Source: a virus. From it: a DNA stretch of 64,000 bases. Below are positions 27,178 to 37,149 of this stretch, one piece after another. The stretch is taken from UHGV virus genome UHGV-2113617. One strand, written 5' to 3'. The notes beneath the pieces are model-generated. The model saw nothing but the letters and a program-made list of their open reading frames with translations, searched no databases and had not been told where the DNA came from. The stretch's first letter is position 1. Each line of letters starts with the position of its first letter. The translations under genes were made by a program, and so were the position numbers.

Positions 27178-27756
27178 TTAAGAATTACCACGGGCTGCAT
27201 TAGCAACGGCGTAAGCGTACTGAACATTAGCGTCTTTAAACGTACCTTTAGAGGTATCTAGTTCTGCCTTAAAGCCGCCTTTAGTCATAACATCGGCAAA
27301 TTCTTTGCGGAAAGCCATTGCATCAAGGCTTCTCCATGACGATTTGTGCTTGGCGAATTCAAGACCAGCGTAGTTGACAGCCTTAGCTAATTTATTATCA
27401 ATAACCCATTTACCAGCTTTAGGCACAAACACCGGGCCTTTCTGTTTAGAGAATAGTTTTAAATTCCAGCGACGAAGTTCACCATCAGCTTTAACAAAAG
27501 CTGCGTCCAAGTTACTAGCAACAACATCTTGAATATGACCAAATTTAAGCCCATCAACTTCAATATTTAGATCGGTGCGCCAGCGAAGTCCTTCCCAAGC
27601 GAAAGCTTTAAAGTCGGAAGCTTTTGTAGCTAAGTATCGTTCAATAGGAGCTGTTTTAGGGTCAAAGCCGTTTCCTCGGTAAGTCCACTCATCTTTATTA
27701 ATGCCTTTGGCCTTTTCCACAGAAGCTTCAGCGATAAATTCTTTATACGTTTTCAT
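27178..27756 (-). CDS. ipIII: internal head protein III
   Basis: 192 aa, capsid-targeting start MKTYKEFIAEA. Confidence 0.75.
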   Translation of the reverse strand: MKTYKEFIAEASVEKAKGINKDEWTYRGNGFDPKTAPIERYLATKASDFKAFAWEGLRWRTDLNIEVDGLKFGHIQDVVASNLDAAFVKADGELRRWNLKLFSKQKGPVFVPKAGKWVIDNKLAKAVNYAGLEFAKHKSSWRSLDAMAFRKEFADVMTKGGFKAELDTSKGTFKDANVQYAYAVANAARGNS

Positions 27757-27793
27757 GTGTTTCCTTTAAATATTTTAATTAGTAACTGTGAAT

Positions 27794-27823
27794 ATACTAT
27801 CACAGTTCTAGGAGAAAGTAAAC
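27794..27823 (-). promoter_or_regulatory. T4-type early promoter
   Basis: GTTTAC, 18 bp, TAGTAT; near-identical to the 26735 copy. Confidence 0.6.
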
Positions 27824-27827
27824 AACT

Positions 27828-28358
<531 letters not shown>

Positions 28359-28814
28359 TTAAAAGAGGTTGTTCATTATTCGGTAAAGTGAAGGACCCAT
28401 CACATATTGCCACTGAGTACGAGGAATAAGAGCAAAAGCATCCATCTCTGGAATCATAACGCCATCTTTATTTTCAAAATAAGACTCGCAATGGCAATTT
28501 CTAAACATCTCATGCTCTACTGGAATCGTATAATAAAATAACTGTAAGTCTTTATTACTAGAATATTTAAATACACCTAGGTCTTCTAGAAGGTCTGGAT
28601 TATAATTGCTAAAGCCAGTCTCTTCTAAACATTCTCTTCGTGCTGCATCTAGTGCGCTTAAATCAGAATTTTCTACACGGCCCTTTGGAATATCCCAGCG
28701 ATGGGCCATCATTCCAGGCTTACGAGAACCGGTAACCCGACCCATGAATAAATCTTTATCTTCTGTCATAAAGATAATACCAGCTGATAATGTTTTCATT
28801 TTAATTTCCTGCAA
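28359..28814 (-). CDS. nudE: Nudix hydrolase
   Basis: 151 aa, Nudix box GRVENSDLSALDAARRECLEETGF. Confidence 0.8.
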   Translation of the reverse strand: MQEIKMKTLSAGIIFMTEDKDLFMGRVTGSRKPGMMAHRWDIPKGRVENSDLSALDAARRECLEETGFSNYNPDLLEDLGVFKYSSNKDLQLFYYTIPVEHEMFRNCHCESYFENKDGVMIPEMDAFALIPRTQWQYVMGPSLYRIMNNLF

Positions 28815-28875
28815 TCAATCACAAACTCTTTCATTGATTCATTTTCAATATAAGACATGTAGTTATTATATTCTT

Positions 28876-29157
28876 TTAACTGTATTTTGTAATCCTTTTT
28901 TCTTTGCCAATTATTTTAAAATTATCATAATGAAAATATAGTATAGTGCCAAAGAATGAAAATAATGAAATCGCTATAGTAAAACGAAGTTCACTCCAAA
29001 CCTCTGTTATAATTGCTGAACTATCGATGTTTAAAATAAAACAGTCAATCATTAGTCCAATAAGACTACCCGCAAGAGCTGCAAATACTGATACGGCAAG
29101 AATTAATAGCGCCTCAGGAAACGAATATTTGACTTTATTTAGTTTTGGCTTTTGCAT
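28876..29157 (-). CDS. small membrane protein
   Basis: 93 aa, two to three hydrophobic helices. Confidence 0.5.
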   Translation of the reverse strand: MQKPKLNKVKYSFPEALLILAVSVFAALAGSLIGLMIDCFILNIDSSAIITEVWSELRFTIAISLFSFFGTILYFHYDNFKIIGKEKRITKYS

Positions 29158-29552
29158 CGTGATTCCTTAACAAATTTCATAATTTCGTTAAATTCATACG
29201 CAGCAAGTTTAAGCTGATATTCCTTTTTAATCTTTTTACACTGTGCTTTCCAATCACGTACGCGTTTACGATAATGTCTTCCTTGATACCAGTATCCTAC
29301 CCAATTTACAGGTATTAATAAAAGCGGAATTATTAATGGAAGAATTAGCGTTGCTCCAAATATTACACCGGATTCAATATCAGTCATAACGTCTATAACC
29401 ATTCCAGCAATTAGCAGAATCACAAATGATACAGCTACCACAGGACCCATTAATACATCGGTAGAAATTATCTGGCGCTTTAGTTCATACTTCAAAGGTT
29501 TACTTGGAAGGTATAGTGATGGCTTTGACATATTCTCTGCATTCCTTAACAA
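29139..29552 (-). CDS. membrane protein
   Basis: 137 aa, two hydrophobic helices and basic C-terminus. Confidence 0.5.
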   Translation of the reverse strand: MLRNAENMSKPSLYLPSKPLKYELKRQIISTDVLMGPVVAVSFVILLIAGMVIDVMTDIESGVIFGATLILPLIIPLLLIPVNWVGYWYQGRHYRKRVRDWKAQCKKIKKEYQLKLAAYEFNEIMKFVKESRCKSQN

Positions 29553-30108
29553 ATTTTTCTAGTAATAAATCGCTTTCAAAATTAGGATTTTCTACGAATT
29601 TATCAAAAAGATCATCAACAATAGTAAAGATATTCTTTTTACTAAGAATACGCTTATTTTCATATTTTGTTTCAGAGTCAACTATAAGAGTAAAGAAATA
29701 TTTCTTTCCCTGAAATTTTACTGTAGTATCAATATAAAATAAATTTGACTTTTGTAAATTACGTCTAAAACACGCGTCACTTAAACTATAAATGCCAAGA
29801 TAATCATAATCGTCGTTTAAATAACAAACTGTCCATTCAGGAGAAATGAAATCAGTAAATTCAACATCAAAATCACATGTCAATGAATGAATTGATTCAA
29901 TACTGTTAATAAGTATTCCAGGACGTATTAAGGACTTTTTACCTCTATAAAATCTTCCAGAAAGACTTTCGTCAGTTTCATACGAAGACCCCCAATAGTA
30001 ATTACGCCCTTCTGCCATACGTTTAAGAGCATTTAGTAATTGGTCTGGAACATCAACATGTCTTTGGAACTCTTCAAACATTGAATTGAAATCATTTTGC
30101 ATTCTCAT
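29500..30108 (-). CDS. hypothetical protein
   Basis: 202-aa ORF. Confidence 0.6.
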   Translation of the reverse strand: MRMQNDFNSMFEEFQRHVDVPDQLLNALKRMAEGRNYYWGSSYETDESLSGRFYRGKKSLIRPGILINSIESIHSLTCDFDVEFTDFISPEWTVCYLNDDYDYLGIYSLSDACFRRNLQKSNLFYIDTTVKFQGKKYFFTLIVDSETKYENKRILSKKNIFTIVDDLFDKFVENPNFESDLLLEKFVKECREYVKAITIPSK

Positions 30109-30128
30109 TCCTATTTACTCCAGTAATA

Positions 30129-30142
30129 GGGGCCGAAGCCCC
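30129..30142 (-). terminator. hairpin (weak terminator or RNA stability element)
   Basis: GGGGC-TTCG-GCCCC; no strong U-tract. Confidence 0.4.
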
Positions 30143-30148
30143 TTATCA

Positions 30149-30742
30149 TTATTTCAGAGAATTAATGTATTCCTGAACATCGGCAGAGGTAGTTTCAACC
30201 CCGGAAATATTACCGTTAAAGGTTTCAACTCGAGCAAGAGTATCTTCAATATCAACCTTAGTTAGCGCTGCGATTTCAACTACATCATCAGCAGTACTAA
30301 TTCCAAGGGCATTTGCCGCACGAGTTTCACGGATATATTCCAATTTAACTGCAAGTTCTTGACGAGCATCATCTAACTCAACTACTTTCTTGGCGATTTC
30401 AATTCGCATTTCAGCATAACCATCAGCTTTAGTAGTCAACTGCTCAGCTGTTCGACGATATAGTAAACCGAGCTTAGCATGCATTGTTACATCTTGACCT
30501 TCGGAAAGAAGTTTGCGAATTTCACGCTCTTTTGATTCGGCTTGTCGATTCTTTTCGATAACAAGTTCACGAATACGTTTTTCTTCATTAATAGATTTAA
30601 CAGAAGCAGTTTTTAGGTCTTTAATTTTATCAAGAAGTTTTGCTGCTGCAGCAGTATACTGTTCTTCAACAGATAGATTTTTAGCCATAGCAGAACCAAG
30701 TTTAGTGCGAATAAACTCAACAATTTTCTTCAGTGTGTTCAT
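30149..30742 (-). CDS. coiled-coil protein (weak PspA/IM30-like feel)
   Basis: 197 aa, heptad-rich throughout; family assignment unverified. Confidence 0.55.
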   Translation of the reverse strand: MNTLKKIVEFIRTKLGSAMAKNLSVEEQYTAAAAKLLDKIKDLKTASVKSINEEKRIRELVIEKNRQAESKEREIRKLLSEGQDVTMHAKLGLLYRRTAEQLTTKADGYAEMRIEIAKKVVELDDARQELAVKLEYIRETRAANALGISTADDVVEIAALTKVDIEDTLARVETFNGNISGVETTSADVQEYINSLK

Positions 30743-30785
30743 AGTATTTCCTTAGGTTGATTAAAAATTAAAATCTGTGGAAGAA

Positions 30786-31316
30786 TTATATCATGCTATT
30801 TAAGAGATGTAAACTATTTTTAATTTTACAAATTCGTTCAGCTTCTTCAACAGCGGCGGCGATAATGCTTTTAGCTATAGGAGTACTAATACTAGTAGCT
30901 TTTACACTTAACACGATTTCTTTATCTTTACCAGGCCAACCCCACGATTTTTCACCGTGAGTGCCTTTAATTACAGCAGACACCTCAAGTGAGCATCCAT
31001 TATCATATGTTTTTACATTGACAACCCAAGGTTCACTTTTCTCAATCGGTTTCTCAATCGGTTTATCCCAGTAAATATTAAGAATACGTGGGACATCAAA
31101 TTTGGCAGGACAAATCTTAACTGTAAGACCTTCGCTTTCTAGCCAATTAATAAGAGGGCGTTCATACAGGCGACGATGTGGGCTTGGGATTCGACAAGCC
31201 TTATGTCCGTTGCTTGCGGCTTCACTAAGCTGTTCTAATACCTGCTTTTGCATTATTGATAAGATACCATCAAAAGATTTTTCGGAAGTTTCATTCAGTT
31301 CGGTATAAAGAGACAT
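30786..31316 (-). CDS. hypothetical protein
   Basis: 176-aa ORF. Confidence 0.6.
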   Translation of the reverse strand: MSLYTELNETSEKSFDGILSIMQKQVLEQLSEAASNGHKACRIPSPHRRLYERPLINWLESEGLTVKICPAKFDVPRILNIYWDKPIEKPIEKSEPWVVNVKTYDNGCSLEVSAVIKGTHGEKSWGWPGKDKEIVLSVKATSISTPIAKSIIAAAVEEAERICKIKNSLHLLNSMI

Positions 31317-31371
31317 AACAGTTTCCTCAAATTATAGGCTCATAATATCTCAATCATGAGCCTATGTAAAC

Positions 31372-31635
31372 TTATTTCATATTATTAAAATATTCTTCTG
31401 CGATTTCGTCGTTATCATGGTAAACTTTAGAAGACAGTTTAACATAACCTTCAGCAGTGAACATGTTAATCACAACCTTTACAGTATACCACTGACCATC
31501 TTCATTACCCATTACTGCGTAAGTTTCAAACATCGGATGATCAGGACCGATAACTTTAATATCATTCACTGTACGACCGAAATCTTCTGAAACGCATTTC
31601 ATAAAGAAGTTGAACAGTTCGCCGTAATTATCCAT
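31372..31635 (-). CDS. hypothetical protein
   Basis: 87 aa from MDNYGEL (GGAG RBS); longer ORF-track start lies inside the promoter. Confidence 0.55.
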   Translation of the reverse strand: MDNYGELFNFFMKCVSEDFGRTVNDIKVIGPDHPMFETYAVMGNEDGQWYTVKVVINMFTAEGYVKLSSKVYHDNDEIAEEYFNNMK

Positions 31636-31679
31636 TTCATTCTCCAAGTTGTTTTTCTGTATCAGTAGTTGATAGTTGT

Positions 31680-31709
31680 ATAGTACCATGGAAGAACGGG
31701 GATGTAAAC
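31680..31709 (-). promoter_or_regulatory. T4-type early promoter
   Basis: GTTTAC, 18 bp, TACTAT plus conserved leader. Confidence 0.6.
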
Positions 31710-31842
31710 CGTTTTGTGAAAAAATTTTTAAAAAGTTTTAGGGAATTCTAGGGCAGGGATGGGCAATTAAAGGATAGGATAATATATTATAAAGGGTATA
31801 AACTAAATGATGCCTAGAGAGGTCCAGAAAGGCCTAGATATC

Positions 31843-31869
31843 AAAAAGCCCCAACCTTTCGGTCGAGGC
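31843..31869 (-). terminator. rho-independent terminator (downstream copy of duplicated terminator)
   Basis: minus-strand GCCTCGACC-GAAA-GGTTGGGGC then TTTTT. Confidence 0.65.
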
Positions 31870-31877
31870 TAAGAATG

Positions 31878-32351
31878 TTATTTGATTTGTTTAGCAGACC
31901 AAATGCGGTCTTTGATGATTTTTTGGAGATCTTCAACATACTCTAGGTCATGAGCATGTGGATTATCTTTGAAACTATAGGCACGGGCTAATTTTTGGCC
32001 TTCGGTTTTAATTACTAAAAGCTCTTTAAGGATAGCTTCATATTTAGCGATAATTCCTTTAACAATATTTTTTTCTTGTGCAGCTTTAGGATCTGCTTTA
32101 GGAGCAGGTTTACCGGAAGGTTTTTCGAAAGCCGCACCAGTAGCAACCAGACTTTTCCAGGCGGTGGTAACATAGTTACCCACAAAGCCTTCAGCTCTCA
32201 TATCGTCGTAGAACTTGTACCGGGATTCGTCAGAAGCATCTTTATAAGAATATTTACCAGCTTTAATAGCAGCAGTTGCTACAGCGCGAACATCTGAAGC
32301 GGATGCTTCATTTAACACCACTTCATTTAAAAATTGAGCATATGATTTCAT
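31878..32351 (-). CDS. candidate internal (capsid-packaged) protein with CTS-like N-terminus
   Basis: 157 aa, MKSYAQFLNEV resembles the MKTY.EFI.EA capsid-targeting sequence; AGGAAATAAG RBS; late promoter 39 nt upstream. Confidence 0.6.
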   Translation of the reverse strand: MKSYAQFLNEVVLNEASASDVRAVATAAIKAGKYSYKDASDESRYKFYDDMRAEGFVGNYVTTAWKSLVATGAAFEKPSGKPAPKADPKAAQEKNIVKGIIAKYEAILKELLVIKTEGQKLARAYSFKDNPHAHDLEYVEDLQKIIKDRIWSAKQIK

Positions 32352-32390
32352 CTTATTTCCTGTTTTAATTCGTGATTTAATATACTACTA

Positions 32391-32398
32391 TATTTATA
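32391..32398 (-). promoter_or_regulatory. T4 late promoter
   Basis: minus-strand TATAAATA directly after the terminator. Confidence 0.65.
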
Positions 32399-32400
32399 CC

Positions 32401-32427
32401 AAAAAGCCCCAACCTTTCGGTCGGGGC
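32401..32427 (-). terminator. rho-independent terminator (upstream copy)
   Basis: minus-strand GCCCCGACC-GAAA-GGTTGGGGC then TTTTT; ends the tRNA/stable-RNA transcript. Confidence 0.7.
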
Positions 32428-32429
32428 TA

Positions 32430-32744
32430 AGCCTTGCGGCAACCTTGTCGGGGTTCCACCTGCTAAGGCAAGTGTTTGTACGAAACGCCGGGATTTGAAC
32501 CCGGTTATTGAGCAGTTGACGCTACTCAATATTTTTAAAAGGCCATATCTCGACCATATCCGAACGTTCCGTCAAAAACGCTACTCGGCTTACGGCAAAG
32601 ATATTTCCTCGAATCGATAATTTGGTGCGCCGTTTCTGCTGTGATGTAAGAGGGCATCAACAAATCATAAAGATTTATTAACACAATTCCTTACCCAGGG
32701 AACATCAGTCCGACGACTTACCGGTAGCGACCCGGTTTCTCATT
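32430..32744 (-). ncRNA. probable small stable RNAs (T4 species 1/2-like)
   Basis: no ORF; tRNA-like T-arm CCGGGTTCAAATCCCGG at 32488-32504; between tRNA-Arg and terminator; boundaries not determined. Confidence 0.35.
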
Positions 32745-32821
32745 TGGTCGAGGCAGAAGGATTCTAACCTTCAACCAACGGATTAGAAATCCGTTGCTCT
32801 ATACAATTGAGCTATGCCCCG
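32745..32821 (-). tRNA. tRNA-Arg (anticodon TCT)
   Basis: hand-folded cloverleaf: acceptor CGGGGCA/TGCCTCG, anticodon loop TTTCTAA, T-arm GAAGG-TTAGAAT-CCTTC, encoded CCA; ends +/-2 nt. Confidence 0.8.
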
Positions 32822-32824
32822 TAA

Positions 32825-33490
32825 TTAAAATTTCATTTTTCGACCTTTAAACCATCCTTCTGGAATTGGGTCAGTTTTCTTAATACGTTTAGAAACTTTT
32901 TCATCTAATGAATGAATCCACATCATACCAAATTGAGAATTCTTTTCACCTTGTTGGTGTTTATTTCTGGCGTGAGATTCTTTCATTTTATTAATAGTTT
33001 CAGGAGTATGGGTCTTACCCAAGAAAGATTTAGTATTTAAAAATTTCTCTCTATACTTAGGATTATCCCAAAGCTGTTTAAACCTTTCTGAACCCATTTT
33101 ACGATATTTTTCTTTAAGGTCTGGGTCGTTCTCAAATCTGGTTTTAAAAGCGGCAGCTCCTTTTAAGGAAGCTTCTTTCTTTTTATCCAAATATTCTTTA
33201 GTGTTTAAATGGTCCCAACCACCTTCACCACCTAATTTCAAATTATAAACATCAGGGCGCTTTAAAAACTCTTCAGTCACAATATTCTTTTCTGACTCAA
33301 ACATAGAGGTTTTATCGTCAAAGAACTCTAATATTTCTTTAGAAAAATTTTCTATACCATACTTGTCTTGGGCTCTTTTTAATAATTTACCAGAACCCAT
33401 ATATCCATCATCTAAATTTTCGGTAGAATGAGCGCCTATGTAGATTTTATTATTAATTTTATTTGTTATTTTATAAATGTAATGGAACAT
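32825..33490 (-). CDS. segB: GIY-YIG homing endonuclease
   Basis: 221 aa, MFHYIYKITNKINNKIYIGAH motif; embedded in tRNA cluster as in T4. Confidence 0.8.
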   Translation of the reverse strand: MFHYIYKITNKINNKIYIGAHSTENLDDGYMGSGKLLKRAQDKYGIENFSKEILEFFDDKTSMFESEKNIVTEEFLKRPDVYNLKLGGEGGWDHLNTKEYLDKKKEASLKGAAAFKTRFENDPDLKEKYRKMGSERFKQLWDNPKYREKFLNTKSFLGKTHTPETINKMKESHARNKHQQGEKNSQFGMMWIHSLDEKVSKRIKKTDPIPEGWFKGRKMKF

Positions 33491-33531
33491 AAATATCTCC
33501 TATTTCTAAGAGTATTTATGTTCTCAAAATA

Positions 33532-33603
33532 TGGCCCTGGGTGGAATTGAACCACCATCTGGCGATTATGAGTCGCTTGCTTGAACCTTCCAGCTACAGG
33601 GCC
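33532..33603 (-). tRNA. tRNA-Ile (anticodon CAT, presumably lysidine-modified)
   Basis: acceptor GGCCCTG/CAGGGCC, anticodon loop CTCATAA, T-arm GGTGG-TTCAATT-CCACC. Confidence 0.75.
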
Positions 33604-33609
33604 TTGATA

Positions 33610-33682
33610 TGCTGATTGACGGAATCGAACCGCCGACGTCCTCATTACAAGTGAGTTGCTCTACCTACTGAGCTAAATCAGC
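33610..33682 (-). tRNA. tRNA-Thr (anticodon TGT)
   Basis: acceptor GCTGATT/AATCAGC, anticodon loop CTTGTAA. Confidence 0.8.
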
Positions 33683-33689
33683 GAAATTA

Positions 33690-33776
33690 CGGAGGCGATA
33701 GGATTTGAACCTATGAGTCGCCGGAGCGACTGCCGGTTTTCAAGACCGGTGCATTAAACCACTCTGCCACGCCTCC
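33690..33776 (-). tRNA. tRNA-Ser (anticodon TGA)
   Basis: acceptor GGAGGCG/CGCCTCC, anticodon loop CTTGAAA, long variable arm. Confidence 0.8.
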
Positions 33777-33778
33777 AG

Positions 33779-33852
33779 TCTCCGCGGCAGGATTTGAACC
33801 TGCGACATTCTGCTCCCAAAGCAGACGCTCTACCAAACTGAGCTACACGGAG
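33779..33852 (-). tRNA. tRNA-Pro (anticodon TGG)
   Basis: acceptor CTCCGTG/CGCGGAG, anticodon loop TTTGGGA. Confidence 0.8.
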
Positions 33853-33864
33853 TAAATTAAATTT

Positions 33865-33936
<72 letters not shown>

Positions 33937-33942
33937 AAACTT

Positions 33943-34029
33943 TGGTACGAGAAGTGGGACTCGAACCCACAAGGAAATCATTCCGCAGCATTTTAAGTGC
34001 TGTGCCTTTACCAATTTGACCATTCTCGC
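33943..34029 (-). tRNA. tRNA-Leu (anticodon TAA)
   Basis: anticodon loop CTTAAAA, long variable arm, encoded CCA. Confidence 0.75.
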
Positions 34030-34030
34030 G

Positions 34031-34103
34031 CTGGGAATAAAGGACTTGAACCTTTGCATCTAGCAGTCAAAGTGCTATGCCTTACCAACTTGGCTAATTC
34101 CCA
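34031..34103 (-). tRNA. tRNA-Gln (anticodon TTG)
   Basis: acceptor TGGGAAT/ATTCCCA, anticodon loop CTTTGAC. Confidence 0.8.
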
Positions 34104-34200
34104 ATTATTAACAAAGGCTCTCAAGCAAGAACCCTTGATGATAGAGGGTATTAATCAGTGCGATATGAGTTAATAATAACAAATAATTCTTAAAGCATAT

Positions 34201-34488
34201 TTACCATTTATGATAATACATATTTACGATGCATTCAAGACCCAAAGGATTCTTGAAAATATCATATTCAAGAGGACCTTTTTCTGTTTCAATAAAGAAA
34301 TCAAAGTTAACTGTGTTAAATTTACGGTCTTCCTTTACTAATTTAACCTGAGAAGATGAACGGTCAATGTAAACCTTTTCGACTTCAAAACACGTTAAAA
34401 TGCCATAATCATCAATCAAGGCTTTAGCTGCTTCTTGATCATATTTATATCCATTTTCAATGGACGATACTTTCGCATAAAGAATCAT
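34201..34488 (-). CDS. hypothetical protein
   Basis: 95-aa ORF. Confidence 0.55.
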   Translation of the reverse strand: MILYAKVSSIENGYKYDQEAAKALIDDYGILTCFEVEKVYIDRSSSQVKLVKEDRKFNTVNFDFFIETEKGPLEYDIFKNPLGLECIVNMYYHKW

Positions 34489-34490
34489 TA

Positions 34491-34673
34491 TTAACCTTTA
34501 GAAATTTTATCCATAGCAATAGCGATTAAACCAATTAAAAATGCTACTACAAGTGAAAAAACGTTTTCTGCTGTAGTTAATAATCCGCATATAAATCCAA
34601 CAAACATTGAAAAACTAAAAGCAGAAGCAGAAATTGCAATAGCAACATTTCGAATTAATTCACAGCGTTTCAT
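34491..34673 (-). CDS. small membrane protein
   Basis: 60 aa, two hydrophobic helices, GAGGAGAATAAA RBS. Confidence 0.55.
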   Translation of the reverse strand: MKRCELIRNVAIAISASAFSFSMFVGFICGLLTTAENVFSLVVAFLIGLIAIAMDKISKG

Positions 34674-34702
34674 TTTATTCTCCTCAGTAGTTGATAGGGT
34701 AA

Positions 34703-34732
34703 TAGTATCACTACCCTATCTAAAAGTAAACT
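34703..34732 (-). promoter_or_regulatory. T4-type early promoter
   Basis: GTTTAC, 18 bp, TACTAT. Confidence 0.6.
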
Positions 34733-34965
34733 TATTTTTTACGAAAAATTGATTTATTTTCTGCTGCCCATTTTTCAATAACTGCAGCAGGACCAGTAAC
34801 AACAATTTTATCGCCGTAATCTTCTGCGGCGAGTTGACCGAAATTATCTAATGCATCACGAAGAACTCCATGAGGCATTTCACCCATTTTATCTTTCTTA
34901 CCAGTGTAAATAAACTCAACTTTTACATCAGCCGCTTCATTGATAAATTCTTTGAAAGTTTTCAT
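34732..34965 (-). CDS. ipI-locus internal-protein-like protein
   Basis: 77 aa from MKTFKEFINEA (capsid-targeting-like start); adjacent to 57B as T4 ipI is. Confidence 0.6.
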   Translation of the reverse strand: MKTFKEFINEAADVKVEFIYTGKKDKMGEMPHGVLRDALDNFGQLAAEDYGDKIVVTGPAAVIEKWAAENKSIFRKK

Positions 34966-34999
34966 TTTGATTTCCATTTGGTTTTGTTTTGATAGGGTA

Positions 35000-35029
35000 A
35001 TAGTATCACAACTAAAACTCCATGTAAAC
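35000..35029 (-). promoter_or_regulatory. T4-type early promoter
   Basis: GTTTAC, 18 bp, TACTAT. Confidence 0.6.
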
Positions 35030-35041
35030 AACTTTGTGAAA

Positions 35042-35727
<686 letters not shown>

Positions 35728-35737
35728 TATAGTACCT

Positions 35738-36463
35738 TTAGTGTATTTTTAGTGTATTTTTAATTTTAGAAAAAAGTTCTTCAAGAGAACCATCGTTTGT
35801 AATTACTAAATCACCATCACGAATTGGCAATCCAGCTTCTGTAATATGTGTATCATTGGATTTTTGACCAGGACGAACTACATGAATTACTGTAGCACCC
35901 ATCGCCCTAGCCGCATCCATTTCATGATCTTGACGAGTATCAGGAACGATATAATAATCATAACCTGAGTTAAATTTATCAAGATAATCTAAAGCAAATA
36001 ATTTTACCCAATACATGCGGTCGAAGTTATTAACAATCAAATCCGTACCTAGGGCTTGCATCAGACGACGGACTGACCATTGATCTTCAATATTATTTAT
36101 AACGTCAATAATCTTGTTACATGCTACGGAATCAACTGATTCTTGTCCTTCGTCCTCAAAAACACACACCCCCTTAATTGGGCTTTTACCGTTAAGATAG
36201 CAAAATGCTTGTTCCATAATCGTGATTACTTCTGATTTAGTCAGATTTAAATTAGTCTCACGATCATAGTCAATTCCTTCAAACTCTTTACGAGTTAAGC
36301 AAGGATAGTCGGTGTTTGCTGCAAATACACCCCATGCATAAGCCAATGCATCCTTAATAGGACCAGCAAGTTGGTATTTAACTGCAGAATAATTACTCAT
36401 GATAAAATCAGCAGTAGTATCTTTTCCACTACGCTTTACACCGCTTAAAAAGATTAGTTTCAT
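35738..36463 (-). CDS. 1: deoxynucleoside monophosphate kinase
   Basis: 241 aa from MKLIFLSGVKRSGKDT (P-loop). Confidence 0.9.
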   Translation of the reverse strand: MKLIFLSGVKRSGKDTTADFIMSNYSAVKYQLAGPIKDALAYAWGVFAANTDYPCLTRKEFEGIDYDRETNLNLTKSEVITIMEQAFCYLNGKSPIKGVCVFEDEGQESVDSVACNKIIDVINNIEDQWSVRRLMQALGTDLIVNNFDRMYWVKLFALDYLDKFNSGYDYYIVPDTRQDHEMDAARAMGATVIHVVRPGQKSNDTHITEAGLPIRDGDLVITNDGSLEELFSKIKNTLKIH

Positions 36464-36512
36464 GTGTTTCTCCTCAAATTTAATTAAGATTATAACACAC
36501 AAAACTGAAGCA

Positions 36513-37043
36513 TTAAACTTCTGCTATAATTTTACCATCTTTTTCTACTTGAAAATAGGTGTAAGGAATCGTTGCTGTACATACTAAAGCCGGGTCTGAA
36601 TCTTCCGTGTAGCTAAATTCTACTTCAGATAGGTCAGAAACCCAAGGCTTATAAAAATTTATTGACATCACGATTTCAGTTTTACTATTATCTAAAATGT
36701 AAAGCGTAATGTATTCAGGACCTGTTTTTTGGGCAGTATTTTCGCCTGTAAGATAGTTACTAGTTCCTAGCATCCATTCATACATTCCTATCCACGACTT
36801 AAGCTCTTCGTCAACTATAAATCTCACAATGAGTGGGTCGTACTCAAATGTAACACCTGGACGTTGTGCTCGACCAAGTCCAAACGGCCCAGTCACGGTA
36901 TCAGTAACAGGTATTCTAATTCCTGGAATAGGAACTGACTGAGCATTTAAAGTAAAAGCAGATGTAGTATTACTATGTGGTATTGATACTACAAAGTTAG
37001 TTGTATTTGCTTGGTTAAAAATTTGTTGTAGTGCTTGCGACAT
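36513..37043 (-). CDS. 3: tail completion / sheath stabilizer gp3
   Basis: 176 aa from MSQALQQIF, GAGGAA RBS; order 1-3-2-4 as in T4. Confidence 0.8.
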   Translation of the reverse strand: MSQALQQIFNQANTTNFVVSIPHSNTTSAFTLNAQSVPIPGIRIPVTDTVTGPFGLGRAQRPGVTFEYDPLIVRFIVDEELKSWIGMYEWMLGTSNYLTGENTAQKTGPEYITLYILDNSKTEIVMSINFYKPWVSDLSEVEFSYTEDSDPALVCTATIPYTYFQVEKDGKIIAEV

Positions 37044-37149
37044 ATATTCCTCATAATGCTTTATAAATGTTGGTGGTATAATGGGTCTAAGTCCCTTCCA
37101 TTCAATTCCAATTAGAACAAACAATAGAAAAGAATGGAAGATAATAGAA

